The notes beneath the pieces were generated by a model. It was not told where the DNA came from. It ran no database searches and worked only from the letters and a program-made list of their open reading frames with translations. From positions 4,512,001 through 4,576,000 of the forward strand of contig OY759599.1 of the NCBI GenBank assembly GCA_963662465.1: a stretch of DNA of 64,000 bases, read 5' to 3'. This document shows, piece by piece, positions 30,005 through 40,283 of the stretch (position 1 is the stretch's first letter; each line of letters starts with the position of its first letter). Made by a program: the position numbers and the translations under genes. This stretch comes from Desulfatiglandales bacterium (lineage in GTDB: Bacteria > Desulfobacterota > DSM-4660 > Desulfatiglandales > Desulfatiglandaceae).

Positions 30005-32244
30005 CTATCCGCACTCCGTTTCTTTGATTTTTCCAATCCGGGCGCCTCCCAATTCAGAAGACGGCTTGAATTTATGAGAATGCCGAGGGTATGAACGATA
30101 TGCAGCATACCCGCCATCACCGGACTGAGCAGACCGCCGGCCCCCAGAATAACGCCCAGGACGTTGGTGCCGGTAGCCAGATAATAATTCTGCTCAATGG
30201 TCAGAAGGGTCCGATGGCTGAGCTGCCGCATGGCGACCAGCCGTTCAAGTTCGCTGTCCACAAGCGCAATATCCGCGGCTTCAATGGCCACCTCGGCGCC
30301 GCCGGCCCCCATGGCCACACCCACGGTGGCCTTGGAAAGGGCCAGGGCATCGTTGACCCCATCGCCGACCATCACGACCCGTTTGCCCTCCTTTTCAAAT
30401 TTTTCCACGTAGTCGGCCTTGCCCTCGGGAAGCAGATCGCCCTGATACCCGTCAAACCCGAGGGAATCGGCAAGGGATTCGGCCACGGACCCGGTATCCC
30501 CGGTCCCCAGAAAAAGATAGGACGCCCCGTCCTGTCGAAGCCAATCCAGAACGGCCTTTGCATTGGCTCGAACCGCGTTGGCCACCACAATGACGCCCTG
30601 GAGCTTGCCGTTTTTGGCCACATAGAGAACCGTATGCCCTTGCAAAACACGGGCTTCCGCTTCTTTTTGGAAGTACTTCACACCGATATTGCGGTCTTGC
30701 ATGAAATGATCATTCCCCACCAGGATTTCGTTTCCGCCGGTTTTGGCCATGACCCCTCTGCCCAGGATAAACTCGCACACCGCATGGGATTCAAGCGCGA
30801 TCCCCCGGGCGACCGCAGCATCCACCACGGCCCTGGCCATGGGGTGTTCATTATGGATTTCGGCGATGGCCGCCGTTTTCAATACCTGGACCTCGGTCTG
30901 TTGGGGGGTGCACGGGATAACCTCAAGCACCTCGGGAATTTCAGAGGTAATGGTGCCGGTTTTGTCAAAAAAGAAACTATCCGCCTTTCCCACCATCTCC
31001 AGGTGAAGACCGCCCTTGATGAGGAGATGGTTGCGGGCGGCATTGGCCAATGCCGCGGTCACGGCGGTTGATGCGGCAAGCACGGTGGCGCAGGGACAGG
31101 CCATGACCAGCATGACCGTAAATGCGCGAACCGGATCCGCTGTAAGCAGGAGCGTGGCAACGGTGGCAAAGGCGCCCAGGCGAAAGAGACGGGCCGCCAA
31201 AATATCCGCCTGCTTTTCAGCGGGCGCCCGGTTTTCAATGGCGTCTTCCACCAAATGAAGAATCCGGCACAGATAGGTGTCGTCTCCAACCCTATCGGCC
31301 CTGATATAAATAACGCCTTTCTGAACAATGGTTCCCGCGAAAACCGGATCATCGGCACGCCGCATTTCCGGTTCGGCCCTGCCGGTGATATGGGCCTCAT
31401 CCACCAAGGCTTCTCCCTCCAGCACAACGCCGTCCACGGGGATTTTCTCTCCGGTGTGAAGAACCAGGGTATCTCCTTCGCGAAGCTGATCCACGGGGGT
31501 TTGTACTTCCACGCCGTCAATCAGGATATAGGCGTCCTTTGTCGCCACCTGAAGGATTTCGCTGATGGCTCTTCTGGATTGTTCGGCCACATAATCTTCC
31601 AGAAGCATGCCCACACGCAGGATCCAGATTACCTCCAGGGCCGTCATGGCCTCCCCCACGAAGATGGACAGAACACAGGTAGCGGCCAGAAAAGGGAAGA
31701 GGCTCATGGTTTTACCCTGCCTGAGATCATTTACGGCATGGCGGAAAAGAGGAATGGCCCCCACCAACGCTACCCCGGCAACCACTGAAAACACCCCCTG
31801 GGCCAGGGGCGCCTTGAAAATAAGCTTCCGTATAAGGACAAAACCCACAAAAAGAGTAATTGCCACTACCTCCACCACCCGCCCCAGCATGGATTTTCTT
31901 CTCTGTACGGGGCCGATAATAGGCCGGCACGTCCTGCAGTCCAGACCACAGGCGGCGTGTCCGGACAAAACGCCGGAAAGAGAAGGGGACGGAAGATTTT
32001 TCAGGACGCTTCTTACCAGACCCAGAACCGTATCGGTTCCGACCTTATCAGGATCGAAAAGCAGAATAAGGCTTCCGCTCTTGGGTCTGGCTTCCGCGCG
32101 ATTTACGAGTTCATGGCGTAAAAGTTGATCCTCCAGGATATTGGCCCTCGCGTTGGAAAACCGGATGGCCGGGATTTTCAATCGCAAACGCCCGGGGATA
32201 CGATTTTTGATGGTAAACTTCTTTGCAGTCACATTTATAACCAT
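30001..32244 (-). CDS. P1B heavy-metal ATPase with HMA-like N-terminus (second fez-type ATPase)
   Basis: IPGRLRL, CGLDCRTC, TGR in place of TGE, ACPCAT, DKTGT, EHP, LHIVHT. Confidence 0.9.
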   Translation of the reverse strand: MVINVTAKKFTIKNRIPGRLRLKIPAIRFSNARANILEDQLLRHELVNRAEARPKSGSLILLFDPDKVGTDTVLGLVRSVLKNLPSPSLSGVLSGHAACGLDCRTCRPIIGPVQRRKSMLGRVVEVVAITLFVGFVLIRKLIFKAPLAQGVFSVVAGVALVGAIPLFRHAVNDLRQGKTMSLFPFLAATCVLSIFVGEAMTALEVIWILRVGMLLEDYVAEQSRRAISEILQVATKDAYILIDGVEVQTPVDQLREGDTLVLHTGEKIPVDGVVLEGEALVDEAHITGRAEPEMRRADDPVFAGTIVQKGVIYIRADRVGDDTYLCRILHLVEDAIENRAPAEKQADILAARLFRLGAFATVATLLLTADPVRAFTVMLVMACPCATVLAASTAVTAALANAARNHLLIKGGLHLEMVGKADSFFFDKTGTITSEIPEVLEVIPCTPQQTEVQVLKTAAIAEIHNEHPMARAVVDAAVARGIALESHAVCEFILGRGVMAKTGGNEILVGNDHFMQDRNIGVKYFQKEAEARVLQGHTVLYVAKNGKLQGVIVVANAVRANAKAVLDWLRQDGASYLFLGTGDTGSVAESLADSLGFDGYQGDLLPEGKADYVEKFEKEGKRVVMVGDGVNDALALSKATVGVAMGAGGAEVAIEAADIALVDSELERLVAMRQLSHRTLLTIEQNYYLATGTNVLGVILGAGGLLSPVMAGMLHIVHTLGILINSSRLLNWEAPGLEKSKKRSADR

Positions 32245-32256
32245 AATACCGGTTCC

Positions 32257-33012
32257 TTAAAAATTCATTTCATTGGCTTCAACCTTTATCAATTCGAATA
32301 GGTTATTGCCCAGATTCTTCAGTTCGACTTCATATTCCGTCCCGCCGGATGCGAAGCATGCCGGGATACGCAAAACTCCGTCTTCCCCATAGAGGGGGAC
32401 CATCTGCACATGGAACTTGTCGATCATCGGCAGGAACTCCATATTAGCAACAGCCTGGGGCCGAAGAGCATTTTGGAAAAATATAATTTCTTCTTCGGTC
32501 GCGCTTTTTGTTTTAATCGACGTTCGGTAGGAGAAAAAAGCTTTTGGATAAAGACCCTCCCTTGCCGTAACTTTCCAGGCCCTGCCCGTTGATTTTTGAA
32601 CAAAAAAGAACACGGCATCCTGAAGGGTCAGAAGGGTGGGTTCCGTAGCGTTTGCCATAAACAAAATGTCCGAATGAGGCCAGCCCATCACCTCCACAAA
32701 AAGCTCTTCGGGTCCATCGGTTGTCCAGCCCGTAACGATTTTGATGTCATCCCTTGGGATCACGCCGTCAGCAAACCGGGATGCCAGCATCTGAAGCGCC
32801 CTGAAGCAGAGGCATCGGCAAATGCAGACCTTTGTTTTTCCATTTTCCACTTCCGTTTTAACTTCATCAAAATCATAGACCACGACGGTCTCCCCGGACT
32901 TGACAAGCACCTGGTTATGAACAAGGGTATCCGCGTAAACAGTGGCAACCATACAAAGAACCATGGCTAACATGGCCAAAACGGCCCATTTTATTTTTAT
33001 CCTTTTTTTCAT
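32257..33012 (-). CDS. Exported FmdE-like Cys-motif protein
   Basis: Signal peptide; CICRCLCFRALQ...IPRDDIKI. Confidence 0.55.
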   Translation of the reverse strand: MKKRIKIKWAVLAMLAMVLCMVATVYADTLVHNQVLVKSGETVVVYDFDEVKTEVENGKTKVCICRCLCFRALQMLASRFADGVIPRDDIKIVTGWTTDGPEELFVEVMGWPHSDILFMANATEPTLLTLQDAVFFFVQKSTGRAWKVTAREGLYPKAFFSYRTSIKTKSATEEEIIFFQNALRPQAVANMEFLPMIDKFHVQMVPLYGEDGVLRIPACFASGGTEYEVELKNLGNNLFELIKVEANEMNF

Positions 33013-33051
33013 TATCGATCTCCTTCAGTATCAATAAGTTATTCTATAAAA

Positions 33052-33909
33052 TCACTCCGACGCATCTTGAGCAACGGGAAGATACACCGAAAATCCGGCG
33101 CCCATTCCCACTTTGCTTTCAACATCGATCCACCCGTTGTGCCGCTGAACGATGGTATAGACGATGGCCAGGCCGAAACCGGTATTGCCTTTTCCTTTTT
33201 TGGTTGAAACAAAGGGGTCGTAGATTCCGGGCAAAACGTCGCGGGGTATCCCCGGGCCGGAATCGGAAACCGTGAGCGACATGAATTTCCCCGGTCTGGC
33301 GTTTCCGTGTTGCAAACAGTCACGAGCCTTCAGAGTTATTTCCTCGGTCGAAATGGAGATAACCCCTTCGTCTTCATCAATGGCCTCCTTTCCGTTATTC
33401 ACCAAGTTTGTGATCACCTGCCAGATCTGAATGGGATCAGCCGCAATCAAAGACGCATGCTCTGAAAATACGGTTTCAATATGAATGTTTTCCGGCATTG
33501 TCTCTCGTAAAAGGGAGATCCCCTTTTTCAGTTCCACATTCAGATCCACCTTCTCCGTCGGGTTCTTGCCGGTCCTGGTCAAATTCATCATGTTTGCCAC
33601 CAAATCCGATGCCTTACGGCAAACCTGGATAATCTGTTCGCATCGCCGGACATTTTTTTCGTTTTTCTCGGAATTCTTGATCAAACCGGCATTTACAGCA
33701 ATAACATGTATGAAATTTTTAAAATCATGGGCAACGCCGCCGGCCATCAAGCCGATGGATTCCATCTTTCGGTCATGGGTATATTCCGCGAGGATATGTC
33801 CCACCGAATCCATATGGCTGTTGACTTCCGCCAAAGACCCGTTAATAGCGCGGGACAGCGTTTCCAGATTGTCCCTCACTTTGCTGATCTGATATTCAAT
33901 ATGCTCCAT
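33052..33909 (-). CDS. Cytoplasmic histidine kinase without a sensor domain
   Basis: AGGVAHDFKN, DSGPGI, PFVSTK, TGFGL. Confidence 0.85.
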   Translation of the reverse strand: MEHIEYQISKVRDNLETLSRAINGSLAEVNSHMDSVGHILAEYTHDRKMESIGLMAGGVAHDFKNFIHVIAVNAGLIKNSEKNEKNVRRCEQIIQVCRKASDLVANMMNLTRTGKNPTEKVDLNVELKKGISLLRETMPENIHIETVFSEHASLIAADPIQIWQVITNLVNNGKEAIDEDEGVISISTEEITLKARDCLQHGNARPGKFMSLTVSDSGPGIPRDVLPGIYDPFVSTKKGKGNTGFGLAIVYTIVQRHNGWIDVESKVGMGAGFSVYLPVAQDASE

Positions 33910-34024
33910 TCATAATGTCCTTCATCCATGGGAAAAAGCTCACGCCACCGGTATGGAACCGCAACCTCTCACTTGAACCCCGGAGTTGTGAGAGGAAGGG
34001 GCGCGCCGCCATTCCAGCGAATTG

Positions 34025-34055
34025 CCCCGATCCCCTCAGGCCGAGGAGAGAGTTA
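34025..34055. repeat. Extragenic repeat, copy 1 (partner at 47568-47598)
   Basis: 28 of 31 nt identical to copy 2; forms the 3' arm of a GC-rich hairpin. Confidence 0.6.
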
Positions 34056-34077
34056 TCGGCCTAACTTAAAAATTCAT

Positions 34078-35214
34078 TTAAAATTCCGCCGTTGCCCGCA
34101 GACCGAAAATCCAGCCACTCGGGCTGTCGCCCACATTCATGGAATCCTTCATGTACTGAACATCGCCCGTAATGGCGAAGATATCGTTTAAAGCAAAACG
34201 ACCGTAAACCTCGAATACGTCCGTGTGATCCACGTCCAGGTTGCCGCCCCGCAGATGACCGTAACCGATGCCGAGATTGTCCTGTTCCCGGCCCCAGAGA
34301 TTTCCGCTGATGTTCAGGCCGCCGGTATAAACATCCTTGTAATCAATGGCCGCCTCATCGTCCTGAAAGCCGAACCGGAGCCAGGCCCCCAGGATTTCCC
34401 CCAACTGCTGGTCAAAGGAAAAAAGAACCGCGCTCATGCGTTCCTTTTTATCGCCTTTCACATTGCTGAAATCGCTGCTGCTTGTGTCAACAATTAACCG
34501 GTAGTTTCCTTCGCCCAAGCCGAAATCCACATTGTACCCGAACTGCATGCCGTAAAAATTATAGGGCTCCTCAAATTCCCCTTCCTCGCCGTTGGTCCCC
34601 ATGGCCATGGCCACGCCTTTGATGGAAAATGCACCCAATTCCCACTCGACGGCGCCGCCGATGTCGTAGGACGGCAAAAAGGCGTTGGGACCGTTCACCA
34701 GGGCCTCGTTCATAAACTGACTGAATTCGTCGTTGGCAAAGGCGTTTTCATCCATATAATCGCACGCATCGATAATACCGCCGGTCAGTCCCAGGGAGTG
34801 GTCCTCGCTGAAACTAAAGGTATGCTTGTACCAGACAGTCATCAGATAATCGCGGTTCCTGCTGTTGATATCTTTATAGTCGTCCTGCACGTCCGCACCC
34901 CAAGTAGCCAGAATGAAAGGGGACCTTCCTTCCTCCATCAATCCATTTCCCGCACCGAAACCGAATTTGGCAAACAGTTCGTCGCTGTCGGTTGGCGTAA
35001 AACTGATCTCCGGCTGAAAAACCATGGCGCCCCGACCCTCGGATTCAAACCCTTCGGCATCGCTTAAGTTCTGATACTGCCATTCACCGGCGATAATGCC
35101 GCCAATACTCAATTTATCGTTAATCTCATAACCGAAACCGGAGTTTGCCAGCAAAAAAAACCCACAAATCGCCGGCAAACAAATCAAACCCAACTTCTTC
35201 ATTATTCTCATCAT
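34078..35214 (-). CDS. OprB-like outer-membrane porin
   Basis: Signal peptide, D.NAFANDE..QFMN, alternating beta-strand pattern, terminal Phe. Confidence 0.8.
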   Translation of the reverse strand: MMRIMKKLGLICLPAICGFFLLANSGFGYEINDKLSIGGIIAGEWQYQNLSDAEGFESEGRGAMVFQPEISFTPTDSDELFAKFGFGAGNGLMEEGRSPFILATWGADVQDDYKDINSRNRDYLMTVWYKHTFSFSEDHSLGLTGGIIDACDYMDENAFANDEFSQFMNEALVNGPNAFLPSYDIGGAVEWELGAFSIKGVAMAMGTNGEEGEFEEPYNFYGMQFGYNVDFGLGEGNYRLIVDTSSSDFSNVKGDKKERMSAVLFSFDQQLGEILGAWLRFGFQDDEAAIDYKDVYTGGLNISGNLWGREQDNLGIGYGHLRGGNLDVDHTDVFEVYGRFALNDIFAITGDVQYMKDSMNVGDSPSGWIFGLRATAEF

Positions 35215-35462
35215 TGACTTCTTTCCTCCTTCAAAACATTTCGGTGGATACTCTAATCCACATCATTCAGAAATACGGGCAGTTACGGCGCTATTTCCGC
35301 CTGCCCCGAACCTTTTTTCACCTCCTCCCAGGTTCAAATAAAAAGGCGCATACAGGTGCATCTCCATAAACCCATGGCCCTGTCGCGCCTTCACTTGCCC
35401 CGCCTTTTATCGGGACCCGTAAGACATTCACATACCGTTACCGGTCAATCGTTAACGGCTAT

Positions 35463-35648
35463 TCAGTTTTTTCCGCCCTCAATGAGCGCTAAGGAACATT
35501 CGCTGCATCGACTTTCACCACTTCGGCGGACGCCGCGGCATCCACCACAGGTTGAAGCCCTACCATTTTGCCTGAACATTGAAAGGACATACCTAAAGAT
35601 ATAGCGCGCCGCCAGCAGGAAAATGATGCCTATTATGACGTAATCCAT
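35463..35648 (-). CDS. FeoB-associated Cys-rich membrane protein
   Basis: N-terminal TM helix followed by CGGC...CSEC. Confidence 0.65.
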   Translation of the reverse strand: MDYVIIGIIFLLAARYIFRYVLSMFRQNGRASTCGGCRGVRRSGESRCSECSLALIEGGKN

Positions 35649-35726
35649 AACCTTGTTTTCATCATCCGGATAAGGGTTGCTTTTATTCAATGGGGGTTGC
35701 CGGCAACCGGCAACCGATAACCGCCG

Positions 35727-36539
35727 CTACTTCATATCCACGGCCTTGATCCAGATCACAGCGTCCCTAGAGCATTTCTTCCCTTTGTACTTGTAGGAGG
35801 GATCCAGATCCAGGGCCGCAAACCCCCACCAGCCCGCCTTGGGAATGCCGAAAGTGAAGACCCCGTTACTGTCGGCGAAAATGGTCTGGAGCACAAAGGC
35901 ATCCTGAGGCGCTGTTGCATTGGCCTCCTTTGCAAAGGAATTTTTGTCCAACAGGGGCTTGTGGTTCATGTATTCGATCTCGATTTCGGCGCCCGGAACA
36001 ACCTTGCCATTACACAACACACGGCCCTGAAACACATTGCCGGTCCATCGGTCGTAAGGTTTCGAAAGGGGAACGATCTCCGTGGGAAGTCCTACCGGAT
36101 CCATCCAGGCCCCGGGTTCGCCGCCCACATTGACAATCACCTTGGTGTTCTGTTTGATATAGAATGCTTCATTCGCTTCCCAATAGGGTTCCGGAATCAA
36201 ACAAAAGATATGATCCCCTCCCCTGGCAGTATATTCCGTGGCCCAAGCCTTGCCCGAATTGGTCAGGCTTTGCCAGGTGATCGGTTTCAGGGTGTTGAGG
36301 AGATCGGTTTTTTTGGGTTCGTTTTCCCCTCTGGACCGAACCGCGAAGAACTGCTCAGGTTTGCCCATATCCATGGTATGACCCGCCTCAAAGGGATGGG
36401 TAAAAACCAAAACCACGGGGATCTTGCCCCCCTTGTTCATAGCCGCTTCCGGGGTATAAATCATCTGGAAGTGGGCAAACGCGGGAATGCTCATGGCCAT
36501 CACGGCCAGACCCAACAACATCGCTGTCAATTTCTTCAT
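35727..36539 (-). CDS. DUF4198 periplasmic metal-uptake protein
   Basis: Signal peptide, AHFQM, FTHPFE, PYWE, EIVPL..PY, GWWGFAAL. Confidence 0.88.
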   Translation of the reverse strand: MKKLTAMLLGLAVMAMSIPAFAHFQMIYTPEAAMNKGGKIPVVLVFTHPFEAGHTMDMGKPEQFFAVRSRGENEPKKTDLLNTLKPITWQSLTNSGKAWATEYTARGGDHIFCLIPEPYWEANEAFYIKQNTKVIVNVGGEPGAWMDPVGLPTEIVPLSKPYDRWTGNVFQGRVLCNGKVVPGAEIEIEYMNHKPLLDKNSFAKEANATAPQDAFVLQTIFADSNGVFTFGIPKAGWWGFAALDLDPSYKYKGKKCSRDAVIWIKAVDMK

Positions 36540-36668
36540 AAGAAAAACTCCTTTCTTGATTCATGCCTCAAAGTATGAGAGCATCGAATCTATCCTTAAT
36601 TCATGTTAGGGACACCATCGGGGGTGGACTTGGGTCTCAAGGTCAAGCCCACCTCCACTTTTTTAAAA

Positions 36669-36989
36669 TCACTCGGTAATTTTTTTTCCCTCCACTTCCA
36701 CCAGATGCCCGGGGCCCGCGTCAAACTGGACCTTGAAGGGGCCGGAAGGCCTTTTAAACGTAAACTCGCTGTCCTCATCCATCTTGCCCTCGATCAAAAC
36801 TTTTCCGGGCTTGTCCACCACCCGCAACGCAACGCCGGCGGCCGAAGAGCCGTCTGAAAAACCGCCCTCGCAGGTAATGGTGCCATCCCCGTTGTCATAG
36901 CAGGAACAGAGGGGCGTATGGGCAAAACCGAGACCCGCCGTGAGAACGCAAACAGCGGATAGAAACATTATTAAAAACACCCTTTTCAT
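36669..36989 (-). CDS. Small exported protein of feoB-DUF4198 operons
   Basis: AHTPLCSCYDNGDG.ITCEGGFSDGSSA...FDAGPGH. Confidence 0.8.
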   Translation of the reverse strand: MKRVFLIMFLSAVCVLTAGLGFAHTPLCSCYDNGDGTITCEGGFSDGSSAAGVALRVVDKPGKVLIEGKMDEDSEFTFKRPSGPFKVQFDAGPGHLVEVEGKKITE

Positions 36990-37009
36990 TTCTTTCACCT
37001 CCTTTCTTT

Positions 37010-39481
37010 TTAGTTTAAATCAGGGGTTTTTCTGACAAAACCCATCATGACGGTAAAACCCAGGGCAAGCCCGAAAAATGCAACCATTGCTTCAGTTCCA
37101 GTCAATCCCAGGGCGCTTCCCCCCGAGAACACCAGGGTCGCCACGAAGATGCCCAAAAACATGGGATAAATCATGGAAAAGAGCATCCATTTGATAGAGC
37201 CCGACTGAATTTTCACCATAATGGCCGTTGCGATACAGGGAGGATACAGCACCATGAAAAGCATCAGGGCCAGGGCATGCAGGGACGTAAATCCGGTTGC
37301 ACCTTCATCCATCCGTTCTTCCAGGGTCTCGGCCCCTGTTTCGCTCTGATCATAAAGCGCCCCAAGGGTGGCCACACTGCTCTCCTTGGCCGCGAAAGCG
37401 CTTAATAAAGCCACGTTGACCTTCCAGTCAAAACCCGCATATTGGGTGACGGGAACCAGGAATCGACCCATTCGGCCCAGAAAACTGTTGTCGATCTTTT
37501 CCTTTTTGATTTCCCGAAGCAGTTTCTTCCTGGCCTTGGAGAGCTTCTTAAGCGCACGGTTCACCTTTTTGGCTTCCTTATCCTTGCCGGGGTTTATGAT
37601 TTTAAAAAAATCCGGATTCTTTTCTTCAAATTCCTTGTTCAAGGCCAGGGACGCTTCTTTCCCCTTTACACCCATTTTTTCGTTCTTGTATTCGTCCTGA
37701 TAAAGGACCAGGCTCATGAGGTTTTCCCCTTGCAGTTGCTCGGCATAGGGGCTCCCCTCAATTTTGTGGTAAAAGTCCGAAACCACCCTCTCTTTCTGCC
37801 CGGCGTAGTAGGCCTCCCGTTCTTCACTGAGCCCCGGAAACTGGAGCAGCACGAAAATCACCACGGCCACGGCGGCCACGATGGTGACGATTTTTCGGAC
37901 AAAGAGCCAGACCCGCTCCACGGCCCGGCCCAACACCCCCCGAACAGTGGGCAGATGATAAGGGGGCATCTCCATAATAAAGGGCGCCGTAGACTTTTTT
38001 TTGAGCACCGTAAGGGTCAGGAGCTTGGCGATGGGCAGAACCATCAATAAACTGATGGTGGAGATAAAAAACATGGCCATACCCTTGTGCCCGACAAAAT
38101 AGATGTTGATCAAAAGGACATAGAGCGGCACCTTGGCCAGACAGTTCAACAATGGAATGATCAGAATCGTGGCCAACCGGGATCTTTCGTCCGGGATTCC
38201 CTTGGTGGACATGACGGCCGGCACCGCGCATCCCCCTACATAAATGCCCCCCAGCACCATGGGAAGGGTGGAAGAACCATGCAGCCCGAACCTGGAAAAA
38301 AGCCGGTCCAGAATAAAGGCCATTCGGGGCATATAGCCGCTGTCTTCCAGGATGGCGATGAGGCCGAACAAAATAAAAAAAATGGGGATATAGTTTAAGA
38401 GCGCATTGATGCTGTCCACGAACCAGAGGGAAAAGGCGCGGATCAGGGGAACCTCGATGAACCCGGGGGAAGGCGCAAGGGCGGCCGTGATGTTCCTGAG
38501 CTTGGCCAGCAGGGGCCAGGTGTAGTTGGTCAGATTGTAGCCTTGAACAATGGACAGGTAGTAAAGCAGATAGAGAACACCCACCAGAATCATGGGACCC
38601 AGGAAACGGTTGCACACCACCCCGTCAATCTTGTCGGACATGGGACGTCGGTTGCCCGTTTTGGGGGCCACGCAAGCTTTGCCGATAGTCTCGGCATGTT
38701 GATAACGGCAATAGGCGATATGCCTGGCGGGCAAGTCCTCAAATTGCAATTCAAAGGCTTCCCTTTTTTTCGCCGCAAATTCCAGAAAAGGGTCAGGATT
38801 CGAGAGCTTGTCCTGAATATATTTCAGCGTTTCATCATCCCCCTCCATAATTTTTACGGCCAGCCATCTGAGCGGGTAGTCCATGACTTCCGGAACATCG
38901 CTTGAAAGCCTGGTTTCAATTTCCTTTATGAAGGGTTCCATGGGACCATAATCAATATGCATGACCCGGGGGACGGCTTTGGAACGGCCGACCCCGGATA
39001 TGGCCGACAGCAATTCCTTTCTACCCCGTCCGGTCTTGATGGCCGTCTGCACGACGGGTGAATCCAACCGCCCGGCCAATTCCTCGGGGTCGATCCGGAT
39101 GCCCCTTCGCTCCGCCACATCCATCATATTGAGATCAACCACCAGAGGGATCTCCATTTCCAGCAACTGGAGGGTCAAATAAAGATTCCGGGTCAGATTG
39201 GCGGCATCCGCCACATTGATCACGACCGACGGCTTTTCCTCCAGCAAAAACCCGCGGGTTACTCGCTCCTCAAGAGAATATGACGTCAGGCTGTAGGTGC
39301 CGGGAAGATCCACCACCTCCACCGTAAAGCCGTCATGAGTGTAGCGACCGGTCATCTTTTCCACGGTGACGCCGGGATAATTGGCCACATGCTGGCTCGC
39401 CCCGGTTAGGGCATTAAACACCGTGGACTTTCCGCAATTGGGCTGACCAGCCAAGGCGATCAGGACGGAAGCCTGCTTCAT
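37010..39481 (-). CDS. feoB: Ferrous iron transport protein B
   Basis: GQPNCGKS, VANYPGVTVE, DLPGTYSL, FIMEMPPY, LYPPC. Confidence 0.95.
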   Translation of the reverse strand: MKQASVLIALAGQPNCGKSTVFNALTGASQHVANYPGVTVEKMTGRYTHDGFTVEVVDLPGTYSLTSYSLEERVTRGFLLEEKPSVVINVADAANLTRNLYLTLQLLEMEIPLVVDLNMMDVAERRGIRIDPEELAGRLDSPVVQTAIKTGRGRKELLSAISGVGRSKAVPRVMHIDYGPMEPFIKEIETRLSSDVPEVMDYPLRWLAVKIMEGDDETLKYIQDKLSNPDPFLEFAAKKREAFELQFEDLPARHIAYCRYQHAETIGKACVAPKTGNRRPMSDKIDGVVCNRFLGPMILVGVLYLLYYLSIVQGYNLTNYTWPLLAKLRNITAALAPSPGFIEVPLIRAFSLWFVDSINALLNYIPIFFILFGLIAILEDSGYMPRMAFILDRLFSRFGLHGSSTLPMVLGGIYVGGCAVPAVMSTKGIPDERSRLATILIIPLLNCLAKVPLYVLLINIYFVGHKGMAMFFISTISLLMVLPIAKLLTLTVLKKKSTAPFIMEMPPYHLPTVRGVLGRAVERVWLFVRKIVTIVAAVAVVIFVLLQFPGLSEEREAYYAGQKERVVSDFYHKIEGSPYAEQLQGENLMSLVLYQDEYKNEKMGVKGKEASLALNKEFEEKNPDFFKIINPGKDKEAKKVNRALKKLSKARKKLLREIKKEKIDNSFLGRMGRFLVPVTQYAGFDWKVNVALLSAFAAKESSVATLGALYDQSETGAETLEERMDEGATGFTSLHALALMLFMVLYPPCIATAIMVKIQSGSIKWMLFSMIYPMFLGIFVATLVFSGGSALGLTGTEAMVAFFGLALGFTVMMGFVRKTPDLN

Positions 39482-39702
39482 GACAGGGAAACCTCCACAT
39501 ACCTGGCCTCATCGTGGCGCAGACTCACAAAAAACCCTCCCAGGGATATCTCCATGGGATCCTTAAGGGGGGCGTTGCGGATGACCTTGATGGTCAAACC
39601 CGGATAGACGCCCATGTCCAAAAGGCGTTGCCCCAATTGATCGTGAATCATCAGTTTTATAATTCGACATTTATTTCCCGGTTGCAGTTGGTCCAATGTC
39701 AT
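39478..39702 (-). CDS. feoA: Ferrous iron transport protein A
   Basis: RLLDMGVYPG, APLKDPME, SLRHDEA. Confidence 0.93.
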   Translation of the reverse strand: MTLDQLQPGNKCRIIKLMIHDQLGQRLLDMGVYPGLTIKVIRNAPLKDPMEISLGGFFVSLRHDEARYVEVSLS

Positions 39703-39804
39703 GAATCTTTCCTCCTCGCTTGAGCGACGACTTCAGCTTCCTTTTCGAATTAGATCTTATTCTTAAATATCGTTATTGCGAATTTCATTCCAATACAAAC
39801 ATAA

Positions 39805-39822
39805 CGATAGAAATACCTAACT
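39805..39822. promoter_or_regulatory. Putative DtxR-type operator upstream of the second feoA
   Basis: CGATAG-AAATAC-CTAACT. Confidence 0.55.
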
Positions 39823-39861
39823 TCAAAAGCGAAATCTAATTATCACAACAAAAAAAAATTA

Positions 39862-40248
39862 TCAAGGTTTTTGTTGCGATAAAACAGCTTTTTTCCCGAC
39901 GGCGCAACGGCAGTGGACGCAATCTCCACTGCAACCACAAGGGCGTTGTTTGGAAACCACCAGCACCTTGCTCCCGTCCGGGGCCATCTTGAACCCATTT
40001 TCACCTTTGAAAAACAGGCGGTGAGTCGGCACCCCGCCCTGTTGAAACCGGCATCGAAATGTACTGCAGCCAAACCCATGCATCTTTTTCAGATGGTTGG
40101 TATCAATAAACACCCGGCCCTTTCCATCGTATTTGTCCCGCATAAAATGGATCAATTCCCAAGCCGAAGTACCGTCAAAATCACCTTTCGGCATTAGGTG
40201 TAAATTCCCGTTGCTCTTTTTGCATTGCACCTGAAAATTGCTACTCAT
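39862..40248 (-). CDS. STAS-like protein with a Cys-rich tail
   Basis: LHLMPKGDFDGTSA..L, VFIDT..L...GFG; tail CGCSGDCVHCRC; AGGAGG RBS. Confidence 0.65.
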   Translation of the reverse strand: MSSNFQVQCKKSNGNLHLMPKGDFDGTSAWELIHFMRDKYDGKGRVFIDTNHLKKMHGFGCSTFRCRFQQGGVPTHRLFFKGENGFKMAPDGSKVLVVSKQRPCGCSGDCVHCRCAVGKKAVLSQQKP

Positions 40249-40283
40249 GCAAATTCCTCCTAAAATAGTATCAATACTAAGCA

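Noticed and set aside
30091..31071. Long antisense ORFs (also 6803-7696, 18570-19541, 48625-49806, 59864-61003)
   Set aside because: Shadow ORFs opposite well-supported genes.
39765..39795. Fur box upstream of the second feoA
   Set aside because: AT-rich and partly palindromic, but the spacing does not fit the Fur consensus well enough to call.
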